Positions 9,096 to 18,809 of a stretch of 64,000 bases of DNA are shown here, one piece after another. Position 1 is the first letter of the stretch, and each line of letters starts with the position of its first letter. A program made the position numbers and the translations under genes. The DNA is from Acidobacteriota bacterium (GTDB lineage: Bacteria > Acidobacteriota > UBA6911 > RPQK01 > JADFOI01): contig OY760074.1 in NCBI GenBank assembly GCA_963663035.1, forward strand, positions 1,888,001 to 1,952,000, written 5' to 3'. Under the pieces are notes generated by a model. The model did not search any database. It saw nothing but the letters and a program-made list of their open reading frames with translations, and was not told the DNA's origin.

Positions 9096-11291
9096 TTAAA
9101 AGTCAAAGGAGTGGGTGAACTTCAGAACGATTTGGCGGTCAAGATCGGTGATCGGGTCGGTGCGGTCTCGAAATTCAGTGTAGACAAAAAACAGGTCATC
9201 GCCGGGGCGATAGATGTAGTTCAGACGAAAATTCACGCCCAACACATCGTTGCTGCTATTGTACTGAAGTACGGTGCTGGTCAACCACTTCCGGCTAAAT
9301 GCGACATTGAAGGTATTGTTCATCTGATGGAAGTTCACCGCTTCCAGCCCTACCGCTTCAATGCGGTTTATCGAATAGTTCACCCGAAAGGAGAAACGAC
9401 TGCTGAACTTCACCACCGGAGAAATACTCCATTGGTGCCTCATGTTGCCTTGGCCATAGTAATTCCACTCAGGGCGGTAGGAGAGACCACCACTGAGCTT
9501 GCGAGCGGGATTGGCGCGATAATTGATTTCAGAGTACCACCAGCTGTACTTTCCGGGGGCTACGTCCAGGCCCGGAAGGCTCAGTGACGAGCCGACCACA
9601 ACTTCAGTCCGACGGTGGGGGTTGACGTTAAATGCACTGCCGTCCTGAAAACTAATCCCGTTGTCAATGTGATAGACATCAGTGACCAGCTCATTGTCTC
9701 TCACGTCCAGGACCTGCTCGTAGTGGACCCCGAAGTTGAGCTGCCGTATGAGGTCACTGTTGGGGCGAGGTCTGATCATAATCCGAGAAGAGTGCCTGCG
9801 GATGGCCTCTCGTTTGAGAAAGCCCAGATCGGTCTCAAAGTTCTCCCGGACCTCAACATAGGTGAAACTGGCATCCAGAAAATCATCCTGCCAATGACTT
9901 TCCACCGCCCCCGCCCATTGCCGGTCGTCGAGGCCGTCGGTAAAGGATCTGGCAAGCAGTCCAACCACTTTCAGGTGCTCGAAAAAAACCAGGTTGTGAT
10001 CGACTGCAAAAACTCGATTGAAATCTCCTCCTTCCCCCTGCCGGTTGGAGGCAAAGAATCCCAAAGAAGAGCGCGACCAAATGTCCCGCTTCAGGCGGAA
10101 GACTGCAAAATTGTCGCCCTCTTGGCCCTGGAAATCATCTGTTTGAGCCTCCAGAATTCCCAGTGTGAACTTGTCCCCCAGCTTGCCGGCCAACTTCGCA
10201 CCGACCAGGATGGGGATGGGCAGCCTGCCCGAGGAAAGACCGATCCGACGGCTGTGAAAGAGCTTCACGTCCGGTGATCGGGCAACGCGAAGTCCACTGA
10301 CCCCAAAGATGCCTGCGCCCTCCAGAAAAAACTCCCTCTTCTCCGGGAAAAAGGTGGGGAAGCGATCGAAGTTGATGACCTGATTGTCGACTTCCGTTTG
10401 AGCGAAGTCCGTATTGGCTGTGACATCCAGTGTCAATCCTGAAGTCACTGGAACCTTGAGATCTTCCAGCCCCACGTCTCCAAGATAGATGGTTCTTCGC
10501 TGGTCGGATCCTTGAGTGGCCGTGCGCAGGTTGACGTAAGGCTTGACTCGAATTTGCGCCGCCGACTCGACTTCAGACATTCCCAGTAAATGACCGGCTT
10601 GAGAAAGTTGTCGGAAGTTGAAACTTCGACGGTAGTTATTCCAGTAGCCAAACTCGTTCTTCCGGCGAATAACGCGCTCAAAATCAATCCCAAAGTCTGT
10701 ACTCTGGGAGGAAAAACGGATGCTTGTCAGCGGGATCTTTATCTCAGCCGTCCAACCTTCTTCATCAACCTGGGTCTCAACTTCCCATTTCTCATCCCAG
10801 TCGGCGTTGACATCTCGGCCCTCTTCGGTGATCAGCGCATCGTACTGTGTCCCGGCGGGATTAATTTTAAACAGGAAGGCATTTCGGTGATCATGAAAGG
10901 TATCCAGAAGGACGGTAAAGCTATCGTCATTGGCAAAGGCATTATCCCGTCTCAGCTCGGTGGCCAGGATTCCATCCGCCTGACTATCAAAACAGCGGAT
11001 TCCAAAGTACAGGTTCTCCTGGTCGTAAAGAGCGCGCACCTCCGTTCTCTCGCTGACCGGCATTCCTTCGTCGGGATCCCTTTGTACAAATTCGCCAGTG
11101 ACAGGTGCATCCTGCCAGGCCTGCTCATTCAGGAGTCCATCCAGGACGGGCGCTTCCTGGATAGGAAGGATGGTGAGCGATCTGCTGCCGTGCTGCCGGC
11201 TGTCGGACCGGTCCTGCTGAGCTAGCGCGCAGAGTTGGACGAGAGTGAACAGAGAAAGGGTAATAGCAAAGTTTTTCACAGTTTGGGGCAA
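9096..11291 (-). CDS. secreted/outer-membrane CBM9-like + DUF5916-type protein, copy 2
   Basis: Close paralog of 4899-7115; TTG start preceded by GGAG. Confidence 0.75.
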   Translation of the reverse strand: MPQTVKNFAITLSLFTLVQLCALAQQDRSDSRQHGSRSLTILPIQEAPVLDGLLNEQAWQDAPVTGEFVQRDPDEGMPVSERTEVRALYDQENLYFGIRCFDSQADGILATELRRDNAFANDDSFTVLLDTFHDHRNAFLFKINPAGTQYDALITEEGRDVNADWDEKWEVETQVDEEGWTAEIKIPLTSIRFSSQSTDFGIDFERVIRRKNEFGYWNNYRRSFNFRQLSQAGHLLGMSEVESAAQIRVKPYVNLRTATQGSDQRRTIYLGDVGLEDLKVPVTSGLTLDVTANTDFAQTEVDNQVINFDRFPTFFPEKREFFLEGAGIFGVSGLRVARSPDVKLFHSRRIGLSSGRLPIPILVGAKLAGKLGDKFTLGILEAQTDDFQGQEGDNFAVFRLKRDIWSRSSLGFFASNRQGEGGDFNRVFAVDHNLVFFEHLKVVGLLARSFTDGLDDRQWAGAVESHWQDDFLDASFTYVEVRENFETDLGFLKREAIRRHSSRIMIRPRPNSDLIRQLNFGVHYEQVLDVRDNELVTDVYHIDNGISFQDGSAFNVNPHRRTEVVVGSSLSLPGLDVAPGKYSWWYSEINYRANPARKLSGGLSYRPEWNYYGQGNMRHQWSISPVVKFSSRFSFRVNYSINRIEAVGLEAVNFHQMNNTFNVAFSRKWLTSTVLQYNSSNDVLGVNFRLNYIYRPGDDLFFVYTEFRDRTDPITDLDRQIVLKFTHSFDF

Positions 11292-11340
11292 TTTTACTCC
11301 TGGAAAGATCGGGTTATTCTGCCACCTCCCCTAAAGGGTG

Positions 11341-12315
11341 TCAAGGAATCTGCGCTTTCGCGGCCACGCCGCCAGCCTCTCTTTTGTCCTCTCCCTCACA
11401 CTGTTCCTCGAGAAACTTTTCCGCATCTATGGCTGCCCGACATCCTGCTCCAGCGGCCGTCACCGCCTGCTTATAAACGAGATCGTGAACGTCTCCCGCC
11501 GCGAAGACTCCCTCCACGCTGGCCTTGGACCCGTCGTGGATGACGAGGTACCCTCGATCCATCTCCAGCTGACCTTCGAAGATCTGGGTGTTGGGACTGT
11601 GGCCAATAGCAACGAAGACTCCCCCCACGGGAAGGGTTGTTTCCTCGCCACTCTTGACATGCTTCAGCTTGACCGCCTCAACCTGGTTCTTTTTGGGATC
11701 CAGAATGTCCGTGACGACCGCATCCCAGATAAATTCGATCTTCGGATGGTCGAGCGCCCGGTCTGCCATAATTTTTGAAGCCCGCAGCTCATCTCGTCGA
11801 TGGACAACTGTCACTTTTTTGGCAAACTTGGTGAGAAACAGGGCCTCTTCTACGGCCGTGTCCCCGCCTCCCACCACGAGGAGCTCCTGATCGCGGAAGA
11901 AGAACCCATCGCAGGTCGCGCAGGTCGACACACCATGCCCAATGAGTTCCTTTTCTGAGGGTAATCCCAAAAGAAGAGCCGACGCTCCCGAAGCCACAAT
12001 CAGGGTTTCTGTCTTATAAACCGCCCGGTCTGTCTCAATCTTGAAGGGCCGGGTGCTCAGATCGGCTTTCTTCGCCACCTCCATTTTGTAGTCTGCACCA
12101 AACCGCTGCGCCTGTTGCTTCATCCGCTCCACTAACTCAGGACCCTGTATACCTTCGGGAAATCCCGGATAGTTCTCTACATCAGTGGTGAGAGACAACT
12201 GCCCTCCAGGTTCATGTCCTTCCAAGACCATAGGCTTTAGATCAGCCCGAGCCGCATAAATAGCCGCAGACGAACCGGCACAGCCAGAACCTAAAATGAT
12301 AACTTTGTGTAGCAT
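11341..12315 (-). CDS. trxB: thioredoxin-disulfide reductase
   Basis: ILGSGCAG, GGQLSLTTDVENYPGF, CATCDG active site, VGGGDTAVEEA, FAAGDV; likely start MLHKV at 12315. Confidence 0.95.
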   Translation of the reverse strand: MLHKVIILGSGCAGSSAAIYAARADLKPMVLEGHEPGGQLSLTTDVENYPGFPEGIQGPELVERMKQQAQRFGADYKMEVAKKADLSTRPFKIETDRAVYKTETLIVASGASALLLGLPSEKELIGHGVSTCATCDGFFFRDQELLVVGGGDTAVEEALFLTKFAKKVTVVHRRDELRASKIMADRALDHPKIEFIWDAVVTDILDPKKNQVEAVKLKHVKSGEETTLPVGGVFVAIGHSPNTQIFEGQLEMDRGYLVIHDGSKASVEGVFAAGDVHDLVYKQAVTAAGAGCRAAIDAEKFLEEQCEGEDKREAGGVAAKAQIP

Positions 12316-12401
12316 GAGAGGATAGGATAGCAAATGTCTTGCCGGTGAATAAAATGAATCTGGGGCCAAGATAAACTCCAAAGGGGGATAAGAAAAGGGT
12401 T

Positions 12402-13472
12402 ATGGAAGCTTTAGAAGAAACATTGTTAGTGTTGGGGAAGAATCCCTACATCCAAGCCTTCGCAGTTGTGCTGGTCTCCCTGGTCCTTGCCAAGCTTACA
12501 GACTGGCTTCTAACCAGGGGACTCACCCGACTCACACAGAAGACCCCCACTGAGCTTGACGATCAGATGCTCAAAATGGTTCACAAGCCGATTTTCTACT
12601 CGGTCTGGCTGGCTGGCCTGGCCGTTGCTCTCACTCTAGTCAAACTCCGCGAGCCATTCGATTTTATCGGCTTTGGCCTGATCAAGACTCTGGTCGTCCT
12701 GCTCTGGTTGGCCTTAGGAATTCGGCTGATCCTTCTGGTTTTGGACTGGATGACTCAGCAGCCGGATCGTTTCAACCTTGTACAGCCGGACACGAAACCG
12801 CTGTTTGACATCGGCGCCCGGGTCATTCTGGTTGGTGGTGCCATTTACTTTGTATTGATCTCCTGGAATGTGGATGTGACTGCCTGGTTGGCCTCAGCTG
12901 GAATCATTGGTATTGCGGTGGGCTTTGCTGCCAAGGATACTCTGGCCAACCTGTTTGCGGGCGTCTTTATCCTGGCCGACGCTCCTTACAAGATTGGTGA
13001 TTTCATCGTATTGGATGGAGGTGAGCGGGGTCGTGTGACGAAGATCGGAATTCGCACCACTCGGATCCTCACTCGCGATGACGTCGAGATCACCATCCCC
13101 AACGCGACGATTGCCAACTCCAAGATCTCTAACGAAAGCGGCGGACCCCATGTGAAGTATCGCAATCGAATTTCTGTGGGAGTTGCCTACGGATCCGATG
13201 TCGACTTGGTGAGAGAGGTTCTACTCGGTGTCGCCCAGGCTGCGGTTGAGGCAGGAACCCTCTCCCAGGATCCGACGCCAAGGGTGCGCTTCCGCGGCTT
13301 TGGAGACTCTGCCCTGCTTTTCCAGCTCCTCTACTGGATTGAGGAGCCAGTGCTGAGAGGTCAGGTGCAAGATTTGCTCAACACGTCAGTCTACAAAGCC
13401 CTGGCCAAAGCAGGACTCGAGATTCCCTACCCCAAGCGGGATCTGTACGTTCGAGAAATGCCGAAGTCTTGA
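12402..13472 (+). CDS. MscS-family small-conductance mechanosensitive channel
   Basis: Multiple TMs; GIIGIAVGFAAKDTLANLFAG; IGIRTT; VGVAYGSD. Confidence 0.9.
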   Translation: MEALEETLLVLGKNPYIQAFAVVLVSLVLAKLTDWLLTRGLTRLTQKTPTELDDQMLKMVHKPIFYSVWLAGLAVALTLVKLREPFDFIGFGLIKTLVVLLWLALGIRLILLVLDWMTQQPDRFNLVQPDTKPLFDIGARVILVGGAIYFVLISWNVDVTAWLASAGIIGIAVGFAAKDTLANLFAGVFILADAPYKIGDFIVLDGGERGRVTKIGIRTTRILTRDDVEITIPNATIANSKISNESGGPHVKYRNRISVGVAYGSDVDLVREVLLGVAQAAVEAGTLSQDPTPRVRFRGFGDSALLFQLLYWIEEPVLRGQVQDLLNTSVYKALAKAGLEIPYPKRDLYVREMPKS

Positions 13473-13473
13473 A

Positions 13474-13497
13474 TTCGGCACCTGAGGTGCCTCCCAC
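13474..13497. repeat. single REP-like unit
   Basis: TTCGGCACCTGAGGTGCCTCCCAC identical to 52070-52093; lies between convergent genes. Confidence 0.75.
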
Positions 13498-13499
13498 GT

Positions 13500-13937
13500 T
13501 TACTGGCCCAAGACCGGACTGGAGCTGGTTGCAGGAGCATTGGCTGTGGTATAGCGGATCATACCCGACTCATCACCAAAGAAGCTTCGTTGACCAGTGC
13601 TGTCGTAGTTCGTGGGTCTGGCATCGACGTTGTAGGTGGTATTGGCAGGGCCAAGCGAAACGGTAAAGAAATAACCATCCTTCGTCGCAGATCCCACCAC
13701 CGAGTCCAGCAGGGAACCTGAGGTGAGCACATCCAGGGTGCCATATCTTCCTGAACCCACCGTCGTCACAAACAGCATTTCAGCACTGATGATGGTCCGT
13801 ACCGTGTTAATGGCCGAACCTTCATTGCCCGCCATCCTCGACCGCAAAAGATTTGGAATCGCGAGTTGCGCAATGACACCAATAATCAGCAAAACGATCA
13901 GTAATTCGACTAACGAAAACCCTTTTTCGTTCTTCAT
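13500..13937 (-). CDS. type IV pilin / prepilin-type N-terminal cleavage-methylation protein
   Basis: MKNEKG|FSLVELLIV class III signal peptide; IAQLAIPNLLRSR. Confidence 0.88.
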   Translation of the reverse strand: MKNEKGFSLVELLIVLLIIGVIAQLAIPNLLRSRMAGNEGSAINTVRTIISAEMLFVTTVGSGRYGTLDVLTSGSLLDSVVGSATKDGYFFTVSLGPANTTYNVDARPTNYDSTGQRSFFGDESGMIRYTTANAPATSSSPVLGQ

Positions 13938-14211
13938 GAAAAGTGCTCCCGCACAGAAGGGGAGCAAAAGTGGTTCCAAGTCACCTGTTTTAACTCAATT
14001 ACTTTCCTAAACAACTGATATAAATGCCTTTAAAATTTTTGTTGAGTTGTCAAAGACTGACTGGACTGGAAGCCTCTAGTGACAGACAGCGCTCCTTGAG
14101 GTGACTCTACGGGGCACTTGAATCCATCGACCTCTGGTGTAAAAGCAGTTCTTGTTGCCAAATAACATACAATCGTGCAACCCCTTAAGATCTCTTAGGT
14201 TACATCTTAAT

Positions 14212-15420
14212 TTATACCATAATTCGCAACAGGTATGCGCAGAGCAGGCCGGCATAGTTGCCCAGGAGGTAGCCCAGCACTCCCATCAGGAGACCCACGG
14301 GCGCCATGGATTCGTAATAGGCGGCAGCCACAATGGGCGCACTGGCTGCTCCTGCAATGTTGGCCTGACTACCCACCGCGACCAGGAAAAGAGGAGCTCT
14401 CAGCAAGCGAGCGCCGATCACCAGAAAAAGCACATGAATGAGTATCCATACGATCCCAGCCAACAGAAAGACCGGCGCCTCCAGAAGACCCTTCAGATCG
14501 GCCTTGGCCCCGATGGAGGTGAGAAACAGGTAGAGTGCTGCATAGCCTATCTTGGAAGCACCCGCCCTTTCGATGCGCCGCACCGGGGTAAAGGAGAGCA
14601 CAATACCCAGAGTCGAAACGAGAATGACCAGCCAGGTGAAGGGGGAGAAAATGGAGGCCACGTTGGGGGCCCTCTGCGCCAGAACCAGCTCAACTGAACT
14701 GTAGAGCCACACTGACAGATGTTGGCAGGTTACCGCTCCCACAAATCCTATGGCAACCACAATGGAAACGTCTGGCAGTGTTATGGGTCTGAGCTGGGTT
14801 TCTTGAAACTCCTTCAGACGCCGGTTCAAATCCTCCAAGATAGCTGAGCGAGCCTTGTTCCACCGATCAATGACCTGTTGGTAATTGGCCAGAAAAAGCA
14901 ACACGCCCATCCAGGTATAGGCGATTAACGTGTCCACTATGATTATGGGACCGATAATGCTGTCAGAGGCCCCGACCGATTCCTTGATAGCGGCAAAGTT
15001 TCCCCCTCCTCCAATCCAGCTACCCGAGAGGGCCGCCAATCCTTTCCAGGCCTCAGGCGGCAGCCAGTTCCCAAAAAGCAGCAGGACAACTGGACCACCA
15101 ATCACCACGCCGGCCGTGCCAAACAGCATCATGGCAATGGCTCTGGGTCCAATGCTCCAAATGGCGGTTACATCCGTTGTGATCATCAGAACAAAGAGGC
15201 TGAAGGGCAGCAAGTAGTCTCTCATCCAGTCGTAGGTGGGTGAGTCGGCTGGAATCAACCCCAACGCGCTGGCAATGGTAGGCAAAAAGTAGACCAGAAC
15301 AATCGAGGGAACGATCTGGAAGAACCGCTTGGCCCAACTCTGGCTCGAGACCCAAAACACCAGTGCGCAGGTCAGAGCGCAGAAGGCAAAAACGGCCATT
15401 GGATCTTCTAAAACCGTCAT
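14212..15420 (-). CDS. DUF819-family membrane protein
   Basis: Polytopic; LSGSWIGGGGN and GSQANIAGAASAP motifs; start uncertain (15399-15450). Confidence 0.8.
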   Translation of the reverse strand: MTVLEDPMAVFAFCALTCALVFWVSSQSWAKRFFQIVPSIVLVYFLPTIASALGLIPADSPTYDWMRDYLLPFSLFVLMITTDVTAIWSIGPRAIAMMLFGTAGVVIGGPVVLLLFGNWLPPEAWKGLAALSGSWIGGGGNFAAIKESVGASDSIIGPIIIVDTLIAYTWMGVLLFLANYQQVIDRWNKARSAILEDLNRRLKEFQETQLRPITLPDVSIVVAIGFVGAVTCQHLSVWLYSSVELVLAQRAPNVASIFSPFTWLVILVSTLGIVLSFTPVRRIERAGASKIGYAALYLFLTSIGAKADLKGLLEAPVFLLAGIVWILIHVLFLVIGARLLRAPLFLVAVGSQANIAGAASAPIVAAAYYESMAPVGLLMGVLGYLLGNYAGLLCAYLLRIMV

Positions 15421-15504
15421 TGAAGTGAAACCATAAGGATGCGCAGTCACTTTCAGTCAAACAACCGGGCGAAGAAGGCTGGCCTTCCTCGCCATTGGCT
15501 TTCT

Positions 15505-15775
15505 AGTGCTCACTTCCCTAAATACGGTGACGTTTGTTGCGGCGCTGCGCCCCCGGATTCAAGGCGCTCCGACGAGTCGATACGCTACATCGGCGAGGAG
15601 AAGCAACGAAGAAGATGGGGGCGCAGCGCCGCAACCCTCTGGGCGGAGGGGGGTTGTGGTCGATCTCTTCGTCGCTCGTCGTCGACGATGTCCTGACATC
15701 GCCTCCTTCTCGCTCCTCGACCTCGCCTCACAAGCCCCCTCCGCAAACATCACCTTATTTATGGAAGGGAGCACT
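15505..15775. mobile_element. MITE-like non-autonomous element
   Basis: 32-bp terminal IRs (28/32) plus two internal long hairpins; no credible ORF. Confidence 0.75.
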
Positions 15776-15797
15776 TACACTACAGTAGCATAGGCAC

Positions 15798-18701
15798 ATG
15801 ATGAATCAGGCAGGGCGGATTTCTCTGGAGGAAGAGCTCAGGAGAAGAATCAAGGGAGAGGTGCTCTTTGATGAGATGTCTCGCCTCCTTTACAGCACAG
15901 ACGCCAGCCTCTACCAGATCAAGCCACTGGGAGTCATACTTCCTCGTTCTGCTGAAGAGATCCTCCAATCCATCCAGATTGCCGCCCAGCACGGGGTACC
16001 CGTCCTTCCCCGAGGAGCGGGCACCAGCTTGGCAGGTCAAACGGTACTGGCTGGCCTGGTCGTGGACTGTTCTAAATATCTGAACAGGATTATTGAGATC
16101 AATCGGACAGAGCGCTGGGTCCGTGTCCAGCCGGGCATCGTGCTGGACAACCTGAATGAAGTTCTCAAGCCCTACCACCTGCACTTCGCACCTGACGTGG
16201 CCACCAGCAGCCGGGCCAACATTGGCGGGATGATCGGCAACAATTCGGCGGGTGTCCGTTCCATACGCTACGGAAAGACCGTCGATAATGTTCTGGAACT
16301 TTCAGTCCTTCTCTCTACCGGGGAACAACTGTTACTGAGAAACCTGAACGCTCAGGAGCTGCAAGAGAAATGTGCTCAGGGCAATCGAGAGGGAGAAATC
16401 TATTCGACAGTGCGCCGGATTCTGGAGGAGAATTCTGAGGAGATCCTTGAGCGCTTTCCTCGAGTCATGCGCCGGGTGGGTGGATACAACCTCGATCTTC
16501 TGCTCCAGGAAAACGACTTCAATCTCGCCAAACTCATTGTCGGCTCGGAGGGAACCTTGGCCTTTGTCACCGAGGCAAAGCTCAAATTGGAACCTGTGCC
16601 CTCCTCCACTGTTGTGTCGGTCGTCCACTTCGACGATTTGATTCGAGCGATCGAGGCAGTCCCTGTGATCTTGCGCCACCAGCCCTCTGCCGTGGAAATC
16701 CTGGATCACTACGGATTAGAGCTGACTCGCTCCAATCCTGCACTGTCCCCACTCTGTGCCCAGTTCATTCACGGAGATCCTCAGGCAATCCTGATGGTGG
16801 AGTTTAGCGGAGATTCTCAGGAGGAAGTTCACTCCGCATGGAGTGAAATGAAAACCGACCTGGTCCAGCAAAAAGGTTTCTATGCTTGTCACGACGCATC
16901 CTCCAGGCAGGCTATAGAGACGGTGTGGAATGTGCGAAAAAACTCACTGGGAATCTTACTGGGGATGAAAGGAGATGCCAAACCCCTTGCTTTCGTGGAA
17001 GATGCATGTGTCCCGGTGGAACATCTCAGCAAATATGTGGCTCGGGTCATCGAGCTTTGTCGGCGCCATGACCGGTCCCTTGCCCTCTATGCCCATGCCA
17101 GTGCCGGAGTGATTCACGTCCGTCCGATCTTGAATCTCAAAAAGCAGGAAGATTTGGACATCTTGCGCGAAATCTCCGCTGAAGTTTTCGATCTGGTTCG
17201 TGAGTATGGTGGTTCCTGGAGCGGCGAGCATGGAGATGGGCTGGTACGCAGCTATAAAAACCGCGAGTTCTTTGGTGACCAACTTTACCAGGCCTTCCGG
17301 ACCATCAAGCAGGCCTTTGACCCCATTGGCCTGATGAATCCTGGGAAGATTGTGGATGCTCAAGACATCGGAGAAAACCTGAGAATTCACCCGGGCTATC
17401 AGACCCGCTTCCCCGAGACTCATTTTCAGTTCAGAAAGGAGCAGGGCTTCGACCGGGCAATTGAGTTGTGCACCGGCGTGGGTCACTGCCGGAAAACCAC
17501 CTCCGGGACCATGTGTCCTTCCTTTATGGCCACGCGAGATGAAGAGCACTCCACACGAGGCCGTGCCAACGCTCTGCGCATGGCCATGGCCGGGGAGCTC
17601 GGCCCCGGCGGACTGACCAGTCACCGGCTCCATGAAGTCCTGGACCTCTGCCTGGAATGCAAGGCCTGCAAGTCAGAGTGCCCGTCAGGCGTGGATATGG
17701 CCCGCTTGAAGAGCGAATTTCTGGCCCAATACTACCGCGCACATGGACGTCCCCTCGGCCAGAAGCTCTTTGGCAAAATCCCAGAAACGGCTCGATGGGC
17801 CAGTCACCTTCCGCGCCTGGCCAATCTCCTGATGGAGAACCCTCTTTCGCGCCGGCTGCTGGAAAAATTTGCGGGAATCGACCGCAGACGATGCCTTCCG
17901 CTGCTCGCCCCTCAGACTTTCACCCGGTGGTTCCAGCAAAATCAGATCCAGGCAGAAGGGAAAACAGCATCCGAACCCGTGGCTCTGTTTGTTGACACCT
18001 TCCTCAATTTCTACGAGCCGGAGATTGGAATCGCTGCCACTCACCTGCTGAGAACCCTGAACTATCAGGTGGTTCCGGTCGATAGAGGCTGCTGCGGCCG
18101 TCCCCTCATCTCCACGGGACAACTGGCGCTGGTCAAGGAAAAAGGAATCGCATTGGTGAAAAGCTTGGAGGAGTTCACCAGCCAACAGATTCCCATTATC
18201 GTCCTGGAGCCCAGCTGCCTGTCGACACTTCGGGATGATTACTCTGACTTGTTGGAGGACGAAACCCTCTACCGGCCGGTGCTCGAGCACATCTTGAGCC
18301 TGGAGGAGTTCCTCACCCAGGAGGGCGTTTGGCCTCGCCTGGCCGAGAAGATGGGGAAAGGACCTGCCCAGCTCCTTTTTCACGGGCACTGTCACCAAAA
18401 GGCCCTCTTCGGCAGCGGAAGTTCACTGCAGGCCTTGCAAAGTCTGAAAGAAACCCAACTCACGGAGGTTGATTCGGGCTGCTGTGGGATGGCCGGGTCC
18501 TTTGGATACGAAAAGAAACACTACGGGATCTCCCGGCAGATAGGCGAAGACCGGCTCTTTCCCGCCGTGAGAGGCGCCTCCCCGGAGACTGAGATCGTGG
18601 CTTCCGGCTTCAGCTGCCGCTCCCAGATTCAGCACTTTACCGGCCGATCAGCAAAGCACCTGGCTGAAGTCCTGGCCCAGGCAATTGCACCTGGAGATTG
18701 A
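15798..18701 (+). CDS. FAD-binding and (Fe-S)-binding oxidoreductase (YdiJ/GlcDF-like 2-hydroxyacid dehydrogenase)
   Basis: PRGAGTSLAGQ, SGEHGDG, CTGVGHC, CLECKACKSECP, CCG motifs. Confidence 0.88.
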   Translation: MMNQAGRISLEEELRRRIKGEVLFDEMSRLLYSTDASLYQIKPLGVILPRSAEEILQSIQIAAQHGVPVLPRGAGTSLAGQTVLAGLVVDCSKYLNRIIEINRTERWVRVQPGIVLDNLNEVLKPYHLHFAPDVATSSRANIGGMIGNNSAGVRSIRYGKTVDNVLELSVLLSTGEQLLLRNLNAQELQEKCAQGNREGEIYSTVRRILEENSEEILERFPRVMRRVGGYNLDLLLQENDFNLAKLIVGSEGTLAFVTEAKLKLEPVPSSTVVSVVHFDDLIRAIEAVPVILRHQPSAVEILDHYGLELTRSNPALSPLCAQFIHGDPQAILMVEFSGDSQEEVHSAWSEMKTDLVQQKGFYACHDASSRQAIETVWNVRKNSLGILLGMKGDAKPLAFVEDACVPVEHLSKYVARVIELCRRHDRSLALYAHASAGVIHVRPILNLKKQEDLDILREISAEVFDLVREYGGSWSGEHGDGLVRSYKNREFFGDQLYQAFRTIKQAFDPIGLMNPGKIVDAQDIGENLRIHPGYQTRFPETHFQFRKEQGFDRAIELCTGVGHCRKTTSGTMCPSFMATRDEEHSTRGRANALRMAMAGELGPGGLTSHRLHEVLDLCLECKACKSECPSGVDMARLKSEFLAQYYRAHGRPLGQKLFGKIPETARWASHLPRLANLLMENPLSRRLLEKFAGIDRRRCLPLLAPQTFTRWFQQNQIQAEGKTASEPVALFVDTFLNFYEPEIGIAATHLLRTLNYQVVPVDRGCCGRPLISTGQLALVKEKGIALVKSLEEFTSQQIPIIVLEPSCLSTLRDDYSDLLEDETLYRPVLEHILSLEEFLTQEGVWPRLAEKMGKGPAQLLFHGHCHQKALFGSGSSLQALQSLKETQLTEVDSGCCGMAGSFGYEKKHYGISRQIGEDRLFPAVRGASPETEIVASGFSCRSQIQHFTGRSAKHLAEVLAQAIAPGD

Positions 18702-18739
18702 AGTTGCTTCGTGGATTAGGGGATTTGCCGAAACCTCCG

Positions 18740-18756
18740 GAGCCCCGAAGGGGCTC
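18740..18756. terminator. possible terminator hairpin between convergent genes
   Basis: GAGCCCC-GAA-GGGGCTC; no clear U-tract. Confidence 0.3.
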
Positions 18757-18809
18757 AAGAGCATCGTGCCTTGGCAGCTGTGCCCCCCACCCTCCGGAAA
18801 TTGAGGAAC

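Noticed and set aside
14130-14180. Sigma-54 promoter for the pilin gene
   Set aside because: GG-to-GC spacing on the minus strand is 11 nt rather than the required 10
15506-15793. Short ORFs in the DUF819/oxidoreductase spacer
   Set aside because: They fall within the structured MITE-like element and show no protein features
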